A DNA stretch of 64,000 nucleotides. Origin: an uncultured Gemmataceae bacterium. GTDB lineage: Bacteria > Planctomycetota > Planctomycetia > Gemmatales > Gemmataceae. The stretch's first letter is position 1; every line of letters begins with the position of its first letter. The position numbers and the translations under genes are program-made. The stretch lies in NCBI GenBank assembly GCA_963750165.1, contig CAVVPN010000003.1, positions 2,048,001-2,112,000 of the forward strand. The letters are read 5' to 3'. Shown piece after piece: positions 40,006-52,785 of the stretch. The notes below the pieces were generated by a model. It was not told the DNA's origin and ran no database searches. It was given only the letters and a program-made list of their open reading frames with translations.

Positions 40006-41898
40006 GTGAAACTGTCCTCTGTCCAACTGCACTCGATTGTTCTTATGCCAGTCACAGCCCTCTGCGCAGTGACTATCGCTGTCTGTGTGGCGGGGCTCCC
40101 CGCCGAACTTGGACTTGGGGCCGGAGCGATTGCTGGCCTCCTTCTTTCTCTCCTCGGTCGCGACTGGGTCGCGGCGTTTCTGTCCCGAAACCCAAGGGCG
40201 TGCACAGAGGACGAGGACAACTTCCTTTTCCTCCTACTCTGTGTCTATGTCGGGGCCTTGGCCCTTGCCTCAGGAGCCTACGCTTCGTTCGCCTTACTTC
40301 TCGCCCCGAACGGAAAGGCCAACTACATCCCGGGTCTGGTCGCCTTCATCGCCGCTGGCACCTTGGTCTTCTGGCTCGCGCACAAGTACCTCTCCGTCCG
40401 AGACGCGTTTCGTCGCGGCAGAGCGATGCTCTCGTTTGACGCCGCAAAGAAGGTCGTGTCGCGGTGGCTGGATAAAGCGCAACTCGAGGTACCCCTTGGC
40501 GGCCTCCACCTCCCCCAAAAGGCGATGACGAGCCACACCGCGTTTATCGGAGCCCCCGAGTCGGGGAAGTCCTTGAACATCAGGCTCATGATGCAAAGGG
40601 CCTTGATGCTCATCGGACTCGGACTCGGCCACCGCGCCCTTGTGTACGCGGCAAAGCGTGAAGACCTCCCCTACTTGGCCGCGATGGATTTGAACGCCCC
40701 CGTCTATCTCCTTCACCCCTTCGACCTCCGGGGCTCCGCCTGGGACATCGCAGAAATCTCGGATCACGCAACCACCCGAGAGGTCGCAACCGCCTTCATT
40801 CCCGAGGAGCAGGGGCAGAATCGGTACTTCTCCGACTGCGCTCGGGAGCTCCTCGACGGCATCATGTGGTCTTTTATCCGCAGGTCACCTGGATGCTGGG
40901 AGGGTCGCGACATGATTCTCTGCCAGCGAAGTGAGAGCCGTATGAAGGAGGTCTTGGGGAAGTGCCCAGAGACCCGCCACCTCATCGAGCTCCACTTCGA
41001 GCCGCGGAGCACATTTCAAAACATCCGGTCGACTCTCGCCGCGAGACTTGACCCCTTCGAGCCCGTCTTCGCCTGCTGGCATCGGGCCAAAACCAAGATT
41101 CGATTCCGTGATTGGGTAAATTCCGAGTCCATCGTGATCCTCGGAAACGACCCGCAGCGGCGGGCCGCGATTCACCCGATAAACCGGGTGATGCTCAAGT
41201 GGGTCACTCAGCTCCTTCTTTCAAAGTCCAACACCGACACCGAGCGAAGCTCCATCTGGCTAGACGAGTTTCCCGACCTTGGAAAGCTCGAATTCCTTCT
41301 CGAGCTTCTGGGCGAAGGACGCTCGAAGGGGGTTGCCGGGGTCCTGGGGACCCAGAGTATCGACGCCCTCTACGCCATCTACGGGAAGGACTTGGCGGAG
41401 GCGATTCTCGCTACGGTGAGTCATCTGGGGCTTCTCCGGAGTGGCGGCCCCTTCACGGCCAAGTGGCAGGCCGACAGGCTCGGGGACTACGAGTTCGACG
41501 AGACGAATGTCACCGTTACTCACAACCCGAGCGGGCAACCGTCTATCGCCTACGCCCGCTTTGTCGCGAATCGAAAATCAGTTCTCCCGTCAGAGTTCCT
41601 CTCGCTCCCGGCGACAAACCCTGAGAACGGGCTTACCGGCTTCTACATCTCGTCCTTTGTCGGCGCGTGGAAGAGTTACCTCCCCGGGGACTATCTCTCG
41701 CGCGAGCTTATCGCTCCCGATTTCAGCGTTCGGGATTTCGTTCCGAGACCGGCAGACCACGAGGATCTCCTCCCCTGGACAGTCGAGGACCTCCGTCGCC
41801 TCGGCCTTGACGAGAACCCACCAGTCGATCCCATCACCATCGCGCCGCAAGGAAAGAATCCCCCGAAACTTCCTCCCAATCGAGGGATGAAGAGGTGA
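40006..41898 (+). CDS. Type IV coupling protein (TrwB/TraD-like)
   Basis: N-terminal TMs, GAPESGKS, PFDLRG..WD, WLDEFPDLG, EGRSKG..LGTQS. Confidence 0.92.
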   Translation: MKLSSVQLHSIVLMPVTALCAVTIAVCVAGLPAELGLGAGAIAGLLLSLLGRDWVAAFLSRNPRACTEDEDNFLFLLLCVYVGALALASGAYASFALLLAPNGKANYIPGLVAFIAAGTLVFWLAHKYLSVRDAFRRGRAMLSFDAAKKVVSRWLDKAQLEVPLGGLHLPQKAMTSHTAFIGAPESGKSLNIRLMMQRALMLIGLGLGHRALVYAAKREDLPYLAAMDLNAPVYLLHPFDLRGSAWDIAEISDHATTREVATAFIPEEQGQNRYFSDCARELLDGIMWSFIRRSPGCWEGRDMILCQRSESRMKEVLGKCPETRHLIELHFEPRSTFQNIRSTLAARLDPFEPVFACWHRAKTKIRFRDWVNSESIVILGNDPQRRAAIHPINRVMLKWVTQLLLSKSNTDTERSSIWLDEFPDLGKLEFLLELLGEGRSKGVAGVLGTQSIDALYAIYGKDLAEAILATVSHLGLLRSGGPFTAKWQADRLGDYEFDETNVTVTHNPSGQPSIAYARFVANRKSVLPSEFLSLPATNPENGLTGFYISSFVGAWKSYLPGDYLSRELIAPDFSVRDFVPRPADHEDLLPWTVEDLRRLGLDENPPVDPITIAPQGKNPPKLPPNRGMKR

Positions 41899-41931
41899 AT
41901 GAGTTAATGAGCCCAGAATGGAGAAACGCAC

Positions 41932-42282
41932 GTGGCAAAGGGCCTCTACGACGTCTGGCATCTAAAGCCCGAGGTCTGGGTCGAATCGGAAAAATCTGGC
42001 TCCCAAGTCCGCTTTCCGGCCGATTACGAACTCGTGGCGCGCGTCAAAGCTCGCTCCCTCGACGAAGTCTACGAGAAGACAAACAGTATGGACGGCCCTT
42101 GGTGGGCGCGAAAAGACGTCGAGTGCGTCATGCCCTCGCGCTCGACCTCCATCGACGACGTGGTGATTGGCCCCTCGGGCGACATCCACGTTCTCGGCTG
42201 GAACGGCTGGATGATGGTCCGACAAGCAAGAGCTCCGGTTCAGGGCGTCGAAGCAAAGCCGACAATCGAGCCCTCCCGATGA
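41932..42282 (+). CDS. YodL-like protein
   Basis: YELVA...LDEVYEKTN...RSTSIDDVV. Confidence 0.65.
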   Translation: MAKGLYDVWHLKPEVWVESEKSGSQVRFPADYELVARVKARSLDEVYEKTNSMDGPWWARKDVECVMPSRSTSIDDVVIGPSGDIHVLGWNGWMMVRQARAPVQGVEAKPTIEPSR

Positions 42283-42476
42283 CCCCGTACGACGAACGAG
42301 GCGGTATCACGATTTTTTCTGGCGTCTGTCTCGAGGTCCTTTCGACCTTCGAGACCGAATCGGTGGACCTCGTCGCCCGGCAGGAAAGCGATTCCGTTCG
42401 CGCCTGCCGGGTCGTTCGCCCTGTCCAGGAAAGAGAGGGCGGTGATCGATCTAGTGAAGACAGCCGTGGAGGCTAG
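42279..42476 (+). pseudogene. N-terminal remnant of DNA methyltransferase
   Basis: ITIFSGVCLEVLSTFETESVDLV, broken before the expected DPPY. Confidence 0.6.
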
Positions 42477-42587
42477 TCCCGTGACAAAAGTCGAGACGTG
42501 CGGTTCGCCGACCTGCCGAACTCTCGACATCACCGCGCCCGAGAAGCACTTCGGGGAGCCCTTATAGACATGACGGAGGATTGAAAT

Positions 42588-42986
42588 ATGTGGCCATTCA
42601 GAAGGCGTGCGACGCAACCCACGGCCGATGGCACGCGCATTACACCTCGGCACATCGAGGCCGCAGCCGATTACCTCATGCGCTGTTCGGCTTTGGGACA
42701 TAGGGATGGCATCCTCTTCGAGCAATTCGTGGAAGGCGATGCGTGGTACGACCAAGGGCCGCTCGCCGTTTGCTTCGGACTCGACCCCCGCTTTGATGAA
42801 CACATGAATGTGGTCTACTCCTACCTCGGCCTCATGTTTTTTCTGGCCGCTGACCACGCAGGACGGGCAGGGCTCGGGCGAATCGAGTCGCGAGGCGGTC
42901 GGGCGTACTTTGTGCTGACCAAAGAGGGGAGGCAGAAATACCCGTCGCCCCCCGACGAGGAGTATCTGCTCGAAGAAGAGCCATGA
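42588..42986 (+). CDS. Hypothetical protein
   Basis: GGAGG RBS. Confidence 0.6.
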   Translation: MWPFRRRATQPTADGTRITPRHIEAAADYLMRCSALGHRDGILFEQFVEGDAWYDQGPLAVCFGLDPRFDEHMNVVYSYLGLMFFLAADHAGRAGLGRIESRGGRAYFVLTKEGRQKYPSPPDEEYLLEEEP

Positions 42987-43047
42987 ACGACTTTGACGAC
43001 GCCACCATCGCCATCTCCCTTTTCCTCGCCCCGAGGAGGTTAAACCA

Positions 43048-43236
43048 ATGTGGCAGAAAGAGCGAGACACGAGAAACGCGGCATTGAAGATGAATATCGC
43101 CCTTCTCGACGAAGAAAACCGAGACTGGCTCATCATGCAGCTTCTCGGCGTTCAGGGATTCATCCGGCAGCTCGACATCACCGCCGCGGACAATCGCCTT
43201 CAGGAAATCATCGAAGCCGTCGCGGAGGAAGAATGA
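43048..43236 (+). CDS. Hypothetical protein
   Basis: AGGAGGT RBS. Confidence 0.6.
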   Translation: MWQKERDTRNAALKMNIALLDEENRDWLIMQLLGVQGFIRQLDITAADNRLQEIIEAVAEEE

Positions 43237-43409
43237 ACGACCTTGACGATGCCACGATCGCCGCTGTCGCCTACATAGCCGATCACCTCGCCGGACTCCC
43301 CGCCGATCGCGGAGCCATCGAATGGTGGCTATGGGGAGTGCTCATCGCCTACGCCGAGGTCGTCATCGCTGCCGAGCGGCGGCGAATGCAGGAACCGAGT
43401 CAGAATTAA
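43233..43409 (+). CDS. Hypothetical protein
   Basis: GGAGG RBS, ATGA coupling. Confidence 0.55.
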   Translation: MNDLDDATIAAVAYIADHLAGLPADRGAIEWWLWGVLIAYAEVVIAAERRRMQEPSQN

Positions 43410-43419
43410 GGAACCGACC

Positions 43420-43638
43420 ATGTGGCCATTCCGAAAACGAGTCCGTGGCGATGAGGCAGCCGATGCCCTCGCCAAGTTCTACTGCTGCAATTCCACCTAC
43501 ATTTGCAGGGGAAATTGCGGCGATAAGTGCCCGCCGATTTACTACGCGACGAGAGACTGTCTCCGCATGATGCTAGGCCGCGAGCCGACGGACGAGGAAA
43601 TCCGCAGAGCGTATGAGATCGATCACAGCCTTTTGTGA
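43420..43638 (+). CDS. Cys-rich hypothetical protein
   Basis: AAGGA RBS; six Cys. Confidence 0.5.
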   Translation: MWPFRKRVRGDEAADALAKFYCCNSTYICRGNCGDKCPPIYYATRDCLRMMLGREPTDEEIRRAYEIDHSLL

Positions 43639-43675
43639 TCCAAATTGACGCGGGCCGGACCCGCGCGGGTGAGTC

Positions 43676-43894
43676 ATGTTGACCGTGAAACAAGCGGCGG
43701 AGCGACTCCAGTGCAGCGCCGCCACCGTGTACCAACTCTGTGCTCATCGTCGAATTCGCCACGAGCGGCATGGCCTCGGCCGTGGAAGTATCCGCATCTC
43801 GGAAGACGCCCTTGACGAGTATCGCGCGAGCGTGACGGTAGAAGCTACAGAACGTCCCGCCGTGTCCACCCGACAGTTCAGGCACCTTTCTTGA
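43676..43894 (+). CDS. xis: Excisionase-like HTH protein
   Basis: MLTVKQAAERLQCSAATVYQL...IRISEDALDEY; convergent with integrase. Confidence 0.88.
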   Translation: MLTVKQAAERLQCSAATVYQLCAHRRIRHERHGLGRGSIRISEDALDEYRASVTVEATERPAVSTRQFRHLS

Positions 43895-44957
43895 ACGGGT
43901 CAAACCCCTCCATCCGCTTGAATGCTGCTTGGTGCTGATCGATCAAATGTCCATAATGTTCAAAAATCATCTTGTAGTTCGCATGTCCGAGAAGGACGCG
44001 AAGATACTCGATCTCGTTCGGGAACTGCTGGAGGAAGTTGGTAGCAAAGGTATGACGGAGCCCGCTCACACACAGCCCCGGTTGCCACTCAAGTTTCTTC
44101 GTCTCCTTGAACTTCCCCCGCAGGTTCGTCAGGTAAATCTGCGGCGCGTCCGGATCCCAGGGCCCACCGTAGGCGTTCCGGAAGATCGGCCCTTCGGGGT
44201 GCTCGGCGTTCAGCCGCTCGACAAGTTCGCGGGCCTCGTCATTCAAGAGCCGGACGTACTTCACGCGCTTCTTGTTTCCACGCTCGTGGCTCAGATCCTC
44301 GCAATCCCATCGGCTTTGTTGCTTATTGTAGTGCCGGGCCGCAATCTGGATGACAGTCGTGATGCGGGCACCGGTCCACGCGAGAATCCGCACGAGGTCA
44401 GCGAACGCCGGACTCGACACCCGAAGCACCTGCTCGAACGTTTCAGGCGTCCAGACCGCTTCCTTGCCCCACGACTCGCCGGCCGGCAAGTGAAGCTGAC
44501 CGCGAAGCGGGTTCTCGTGAATCAACTCGCCGCCCTTCTTGGTCCGAGGCCGAGCCGCCCAGTTGAGGCAAGACAGGATGATCGACTTATAGAGCCGCTC
44601 CGAGCTGGGGGACAGCTCCTTCTTCCCGAGCCAGCCATCGACGTGCTTCGGCCGGAGGTCCCTTGCTCGGACGTGGCCGCCGATGTGGTCCTTGAACTCT
44701 TGCAATCGCTCCTTGCAGTGCCGGTATCGCTCCGGGACGCACGTCGCCTCGACGTGGTCGAGGTAGCGGTCAGCGAGGTCGGCAAAGGTGATGTTCGGGT
44801 CCGGGCTCTGCTCTAGCTCGGCCTGACGCATGAGGAACTTGAACTGCGTCTCGGCATCGTCCTTGTCCTTCCCGAGCCGGTGAAACTGCCCCGCGATCGT
44901 GCAGGTGTACTGGTTATAGAAGGGGGTCCAGTTGACCTTCGGTTTCCGGCCGGCCAT
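43878..44957 (-). CDS. int: Tyrosine integrase
   Basis: ITFADLADRYL, WTGAR, LRHTFAT, LLGH, HYGH. Confidence 0.93.
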   Translation of the reverse strand: MAGRKPKVNWTPFYNQYTCTIAGQFHRLGKDKDDAETQFKFLMRQAELEQSPDPNITFADLADRYLDHVEATCVPERYRHCKERLQEFKDHIGGHVRARDLRPKHVDGWLGKKELSPSSERLYKSIILSCLNWAARPRTKKGGELIHENPLRGQLHLPAGESWGKEAVWTPETFEQVLRVSSPAFADLVRILAWTGARITTVIQIAARHYNKQQSRWDCEDLSHERGNKKRVKYVRLLNDEARELVERLNAEHPEGPIFRNAYGGPWDPDAPQIYLTNLRGKFKETKKLEWQPGLCVSGLRHTFATNFLQQFPNEIEYLRVLLGHANYKMIFEHYGHLIDQHQAAFKRMEGFDPFKKGA

Positions 44958-45054
44958 CGGCAGCACTCCGCGAGCGAGGAGGGTAGTGGATCGATCTTCC
45001 TCGTATTCTTCCTCGGTAGTGCTTTCTCTTCAAGGCCAGCTTGGCGTTTTGTCC

Positions 45055-45132
45055 CTAGAAAACCTGCTCTGATTCTTGCTGGTAGTGGATCATGCCCATG
45101 AAGCCGACCCCTACTATTCCGATCCTGACCAT
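45055..45132 (-). other. att-site candidate: 5' fragment of Gfo/Idh/MocA oxidoreductase
   Basis: MVRIGIVGVGFMGMIHY, then 8 unrelated codons and a stop, ~100 bp before the integrase start. Confidence 0.7.
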
Positions 45133-45414
45133 TTTTACCACCCCTTTTTGCACCGTTTGCTTGTTTTGTCCATTTAGCACCGTGTTTGTCCCAAACTTTG
45201 CATTCATCCTTGCGCCGGTAAGGCTTCCCGTTGGTGATTCAGCGGTGCAACTTCCTGGCGGCGTCGATGGGAAATAGCATATTGGCGCACCTGGGAGCGT
45301 GCCACGGGCAGTCCTCGATGAAGTCACCGCCTTCAAGGACCGCTTGCTAGAATAAGTGACCGTTTCTAAAATGACGGCGCGTGAACGGTCATCGATCGGT
45401 CATTGAGGAACAAC

Positions 45415-46122
45415 ATGCAACTGAGCATGCGGGATCTCACCAAACTACTCGACGTGGCCGAGTCCACGGTTTCACGATGGATCAAACACCGTGGCTTGCC
45501 CGCCCAGCAGCTTGGGGGGCAGTACCGCGTCAACCGGGCGGAACTACTGGAGTGGGCGACGGCGAACCTGGTCCGGGTGTCTCTTGACCTGTTCGACCAC
45601 CTCGAAGCGGACGCCGAGGCCGCCCCTTCCCTGGCGGAGGCCCTGGAGGCAGGGGGCATTCACTACCGCCTCCCGGACACCAGTAAAGATTGTGCCCTGC
45701 GCGCGCTGGTGCAGGTCCTGCCCCTGCCGGAGAGTGTGGACCGGGACCTCCTCCTGCGGCTCTTCCACGCGCGGGAAGCGTCGGCCTCGACCGCCATTGG
45801 CGACGGCATCGCCGTCCCCCACGTCCGCAACCCCATCGTCCTGCATGTCTCCCGGCCGTCGGTCACACTCGCCTTCCTTGAAAAGCCGGTCGAGTTTGGG
45901 GCACTGGACGGCAAGCCAGTCCATGTCCTCTTCTCCATCATCAGCCCGACGAACCGGAGCCACTTGCAGCTGCTCTCCCGGCTGTCCTTTGCCATGCACG
46001 ACCACGGGCTACGGGAGGCCGTCGTCCGCCGGGCGCCGTGCGCTGACATCCTGCGGGAAGTTCGCCGGGTCGAGGCACGCATGAACGCGCCCGCAGCTGA
46101 AGGACAGATCGGAGCACACTAG
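45415..46122 (+). CDS. HTH + PTS EIIA(Ntr)-like protein
   Basis: Excisionase-type HTH; REASASTAIGDGIAVPHVR; FGALDGKPV. Confidence 0.92.
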   Translation: MQLSMRDLTKLLDVAESTVSRWIKHRGLPAQQLGGQYRVNRAELLEWATANLVRVSLDLFDHLEADAEAAPSLAEALEAGGIHYRLPDTSKDCALRALVQVLPLPESVDRDLLLRLFHAREASASTAIGDGIAVPHVRNPIVLHVSRPSVTLAFLEKPVEFGALDGKPVHVLFSIISPTNRSHLQLLSRLSFAMHDHGLREAVVRRAPCADILREVRRVEARMNAPAAEGQIGAH

Positions 46123-46230
46123 CATGGATGTCCTGCCCCGCGCCATCATCCACGTTGATTTGCTCGATATTGTGCCCATGGTCGCACTGGCGCCGGCCTG
46201 GGTGTCTGCGCGGACATGGTGGGGTACGTC

Positions 46231-48217
46231 ATGAGCGAAACGCTGGTGCTCTGGGGGATCGTCGTCGCCGGATTGAGCGGTGTCCCGGGCCTTCTTCTGG
46301 GCCGGACCTCGATGGCAGGACAGTGGTTGACGACGTTGCTGGCCGTGGTCGGGTCGGGGCTGGGCCTCGGCGGCGTCGGCTGCGTTCTGGGCAACCGGAG
46401 ACAGCGAACCGCTCGTGTGGCCCTGGCCAATCCCGGGGGCCGAGTTCAGCGTGGCCGTGGATGGGTTGTCGGCCGTCTTCCTGCTGCCGATCTTCCTGAT
46501 CGTCGCTCCTGGGAAGTGTCTACGGGCTGGCCTACTGGAAGCAGACGGAGCATCCGCAGAATGGCCGCAAACTGTGCCTGTTCTACGGCACGCTGACCGC
46601 TGGCATGGGACTGCTGGTGATCGCCCGCAACAGCATCCTGTTCCTGTTCGGCTGGGAAATCATGGCGCTGTCGGCGTTCTTCCTGATCACCACCGAAGAG
46701 GACAACAGGGAGGTCCGCGAAACCGGCTGGGTCTATCTGGTCGCGACCCACGTGGCGACCTTGTGCCTCTTCGCCCTCTTCGCGTTGCTGCGCGCCGCCA
46801 ACGGCTCGTTCGCGCTCGATACCGTGAACCAGGAGAACCTGTCGCCGGGATTGGCGACGGCGATCTTCATTCTGGCACTCATCGGCTTCGGTCTGAAGGC
46901 CGGCATCATGCCGCTGCACGTCTGGCTGCCCGGCGCCCACGCCGTTGCCCCCAGCCATGTTTCCGCCCTCATGTCGGGCGTCCTCATCAAGATGGGCATC
47001 TACGGCCTGGTGCGGGTGACGTCCCTGTTTCCGAACCCGCCCCTGGAATGGGGCGGAGTCGTCCTGGGGCTCGGCGTCGTCTCGGGCGTCCTCGGCGTCG
47101 CCTTTGCCATCGGCCAGCACGACCTGAAGCGGCTGCTGGCCTACCACAGCATCGAGAACATCGGCATCATCGTCATGGGCCTCGGCCTGGCCCTGCTGGG
47201 CCGTTCCCTGGGCCGGCAGGACTGGGTCATCCTCGGACTGGGCGGTAGCCTGCTCCACGTCTGGAACCACGCGACCTTCAAGTCGCTGCTCTTCCTCAGT
47301 GCCGGCTCCGTCATCCACACGACCCACACCCGCGAGATCGACCACCTGGGCGGCCTGGCCAAGGAGATGCCGTGGACGGCCCTGTGCTTCCTGGTCGGGG
47401 CGGTCGCCATCTGCGGCCTGCCGCCGCTGAACGGCTTCGTCAGTGAGTTCCTCATCTATCTCGGCCTGTTCGGCACGCTCGGGGACGGGGCAGGGCCGTC
47501 GTTCGCCGGCGGCGGCCTTCGCCGCCCCGGCGCTGGCCTTGATCGGGGCGCTGGCGCGTGGCGTGCTTCGTGAAGGTCTACGGGGCGGTCTTCCTGGGAA
47601 CGGCCCGGTCGGACCACGCGACGCACGCGCATGAATCACCGGTGGCCATGCTCGGGCCGATGGGCGTGCTGGCGGCCTGTTGCTTCCTGATCGGGCTGGC
47701 CCCGCTCCTGATCGCTCCCATCCTCGGCGCAGGCATCTCGGCGTGGGCGCCCGGAGTCTGAGGGACGCAGGTCCGCGCCTCGCCGCGCTGGCCCCCCTGG
47801 GCTGGATCACGGTCATGGGCCTGGGGTTGATCGCCGCCTTGCTCGCGGTGGGAGGTGTGTTGCGGCTGCGACTGCGCCACAGTGTCGTGGAGACGGGAGC
47901 GACCTGGGGCTGCGGCTACGTCGCCCCGACGCCGCGGATGCAGTACACGTCGTCCTCCTTCGCCCAGATGCTGGTCGGACTGTTCGGCTGGGCGCTCCGC
48001 CCGCGCACGCGCCAGCCCCGGAACCTGCCCCTGTTCCCGCAGAAGACCGACTTTCCACAGCGAGGTGCCCGACCCGGTGCTCGACGAAGCAGTGTTGCCG
48101 GCGTTCCGCTCCGTGGCGTGGCTGTTCTCCTGGTTCCGCGTGTTCCAGCAAGGGAACATTCAGACCTACCTGCTGTACCTCTTCGTCGCTCTGATTGTCT
48201 TGCTGCTCTGGCGTTAG
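46231..48217 (+). CDS. hyfB: HyfB-like proton-translocating subunit (several frameshifts)
   Basis: FGWEIM, KAGIMPLHVWLP, LLAYHSIENIG, LPPLNGFVSE, TWGCGY. Confidence 0.85.
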
Positions 48218-48227
48218 AAGGGACGTG

Positions 48228-49147
48228 ATGGAAACGGTCATTCAGAATACCGTCCACGTGCTGCTGGCCCTGACGCTGCCGCCGCTGCTGCTCGGCGTCA
48301 TCGCCAGGACCAAGGCGCTGTTCGCCGGCCGGGTCGGGCCGCCGCTGGTGCAGCCGTACTACGACCTCATCAAGCTCTTCCGCAAGGGATCGGTCTTCAG
48401 CACCACGACGACCTGGGTGTTCCGGGCCGGGCCGGTGGTCGGCCTGGTGACGGCGGCGCTCGCGGTGCTGCTCATCCCGCTCGCCAACGCGACGGCGCCG
48501 GTCTCGTTCACCGGCGACTTGATCCTGCTGGCGTACCTGCTGGGCCTGGGGCGGTTCTTCACCGCGTCGGCGGCCCTGGATACCGGCTCCGCCTTCGAGG
48601 GGATGGGGGCGGCACGGGAAGTCACCTTCGCGTGCCTGGCGGAACCGGCGCTGTTCCTGGGGCTGCTCGTCCTGGCCAAGCTGTCCGGGTCGCTGCAACT
48701 GGCGGACATGCTCGGCAACTCGCTCGGCGGCGCACTGGTCGACGGCGGGCGCCTCGCTGGTCCTGGTCCTGCTCAGCTGGTTCATCGTCCTGCTGGCGGA
48801 GAACTCGCGCATCCCCTTCGACGACCCCAACACGCACCTGGAACTGACCATGATCCACGAGGTCATGGTGCTCGACCACAGCGGGCCGGCCTTCGGCATG
48901 ATCCTCTACGGGGCGGCCCTCAAGCTCTTCGTCTTCGGGGCACTGATCGTCCGCCTCGCGTTCCCCTGGGCGACCGGCTTTCCCTGGCTGGACTGGCCCA
49001 TCTTCGTCGGCGGGATGCTGGTCGTCGCGGTGGCGATCGGGGTGGTGGAATCGACCATGGCGCGCCTGCGGCTGACCCACGTTCCCGATCCTGCTCGTCG
49101 CGGCCTGCCTGCTGTCGGCCTTTGGCGTCATCCTGGTGGTGAGGTGA
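48228..49147 (+). CDS. hyfC: HyfC/HycD (NuoH-like) subunit (frameshifts)
   Basis: GRVGPPLVQPYYDLIKL, RIPFDDPNTHLELTMIHE. Confidence 0.85.
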
Positions 49148-49151
49148 AACG

Positions 49152-49796
49152 ATGGTCCAGTTCCTCGATCCCCTGTTGATCGTGGCCCTGGCGCTCAACT
49201 TGTCGCCCTGGGAGTGAGCCGCATTCGCGCGGTCATCAACACGGTCGCCCTGCAGGGGATATTACTGGGGACTTTGCCACTGTTCCTTCCCCACGATGAG
49301 ATCGGCTTGCGGAGCATCCTGCTCATTCGTGGTGACGATCGCTCTGAAAGGAGTCATCATCCCCTGCTTCCTCGTGCGCGCCATGCGCGAGGCGGACATC
49401 CAGCACGAGGTCAAGCCAGTCGTGGGCTACATGAGTTCCCTCCTGCTGGGGGCGGTCGGCACCGGCCTGGCGCTGGTGTTCTCCTCCACGCTCCCCCTGG
49501 CCGAGAAGCACGCCGGCTACCTGCTCGTGCCGGCGTCGCTCGCGACGGTGTGGACCGGCTTCCTCCTGCTGACGACACGGAGGAAGGCCATCATGCAGGT
49601 GCTCGGCTATCTGCTCCTGGAGAACGGCATCTTCCTGTTCGGGCTGCTGCTGCTGGAGGCGATGCCGTTCCTCGTTGAGGTCGGCGTGCTGCTCGACCTG
49701 TTCACCGGCGTGTTCGTGATGGGCATCATCATCCACCACATCAGCCGCGAGTTCGCCTCGATCAGCACGGAGCACCTGACGGAGTTGAAGGAATAA
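49152..49796 (+). CDS. hyfE: HyfE-like subunit (frameshifts)
   Basis: QVLGYLLLENGI, EVGVLLD. Confidence 0.82.
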
Positions 49797-49799
49797 CCG

Positions 49800-51243
<1,444 letters not shown>

Positions 51244-51247
<4 letters not shown>

Positions 51248-52776
51248 GCGACAACGGCTTCGCCTCGTTGCGCTCGGGACAGGCGATCCCACGTGGGCAG
51301 ATTCCGGAACGGCCAATGGCGGAGTTCCGCCGGGCCGTCGTGGACGCGGTCGCCCGCGGGCACCGCGTAGCGGCCCTGTTCGGCGACGCTCCGGCGTCGG
51401 GCGGGCCGGTGGAACTCTACGCCGTGCTCGCCGACGGCACCCAGGCCCTGCTGCGCGTCGTCAAGACGACCCTGGACGCGGATCGCTTCCCGTCGCCTGA
51501 CGCCGGATTGCCCGCAGGTTCATCTGTTCGAGCGCGAGATCGCCGAGCAATACGGTGTCTGTCCCGAAGGCCATCCCTGGTTCAAGCCGGTTCGTTTCCA
51601 TGCCTCGTACCGACCCGGCCACGACGCCTGGGGCAGGAAGCCGGACGAGCCACCAGTCATCGGCGTCACGGACTTCTACCGCGTCGAAGGGGAGGAGATC
51701 CACGAGGTAGCCGTCGGGCCCGTCCACGCCGGCATCATCGAGCCGGGGCATTTCCGCTTCCAGTGCCACGGCGAGCAGGTCTTCCACCTGGAGATTTCGC
51801 TCGGCTACCAGCATCGGGGGGTCGAGCGGGCGCTCGTCGGCGGGCCGAACAAGCGCACCATCCACATGATGGAGGCGGTGGCCGGGGACACCTCGGTCGG
51901 CCATGCCACGGCCTACTGCCAGGCGGTCGAGGCCCTGGCCGGCTGCCAGGTCCCCGATCCGCGCCGAGGTGTTGCGCGGCATCGCCCTGGAACTGGAGCG
52001 ACTGGCCAACCACACCGGGGACCTGGGTGCCCTGGCGGGCGACGTGGGGTTCTTGCCGACGGCTTCGTACTGCGGGCGCATCCGCGGCGATTTCCTCAAC
52101 CTGACGGCGCTCCTGTGCGGCAGCCGCTTCGGCCGCGGCCTGGTCCGTCCGGGCGGCGTCGGCTTCGACCTGGAGGAGGATCGGAGGCGGCAGTGTCTGG
52201 AACGCCTGGAGGCGGCGTACCGGGACGTGGCCAACGCGGTCAACTTGCTCTGGGATTCGACATCCGTGCAGGCCCGGTTCGAGGGGACGGGGGCCGTTGC
52301 CCTGGCGGATTGCCGCGCCCTCGGCCTGGTCGGCCCCGCAGCGCGGGCCTGCGGCGTCGAGGCAGACGTGCGCCAGGATTTCCCCGCCGGCATCTTACCG
52401 CTTCGCCCAGATCCCCGTTTCCACCTGGCAGACGGGCGACGTCTTTGCCCGCGCCTACGTGCGCTGGCTGGAAATCCAGCGTTCCGTGGCGTTCATCCGC
52501 ACCCAGCTCACCGAGTTTCCAGACGGTCCGATCCGAGCTGACGCGGCGACGGTCAAGCCCGATCACTTCGTCATCAGCCTGGTCGAGGGCTGGCGCGGAG
52601 AAATCTGTCACGTGGCTCTGACCGACAGTCAGGGCCGCTTCGCGCGCTACAAGATCGTGGACCCGTCCTTCCACAACTGGATGGGGCTGGCGCTGGCGCT
52701 GCGCGACCAGCAGATCTCGGACTTCCCGCTGTGTAACAAGAGCTTTAATCTGTCGTATTGCGGACACGACCTGTGA
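51244..52776 (+). CDS. Ehr-type large subunit, HyfG/HycE-like, no Ni ligands (frameshifts)
   Basis: VGPVHAGIIEPGHFRF, LGYQHRG, ELERLANH, EGWRGE, DFPLCNKSFNLSYCGHDL. Confidence 0.85.
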
Positions 52777-52785
52777 GGAGCAAGT

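Larger units (their letters stand above)
28392..45132. mobile_element. Integrative mobilisable element (left boundary uncertain)
   Basis: int/xis, MobF, T4CP and att-like fragment; no VirB4/MPF genes in the window. Confidence 0.7.

Noticed and set aside
37463..41898. Self-transmissible conjugation system
   Set aside because: No VirB4 or pilus genes in the window
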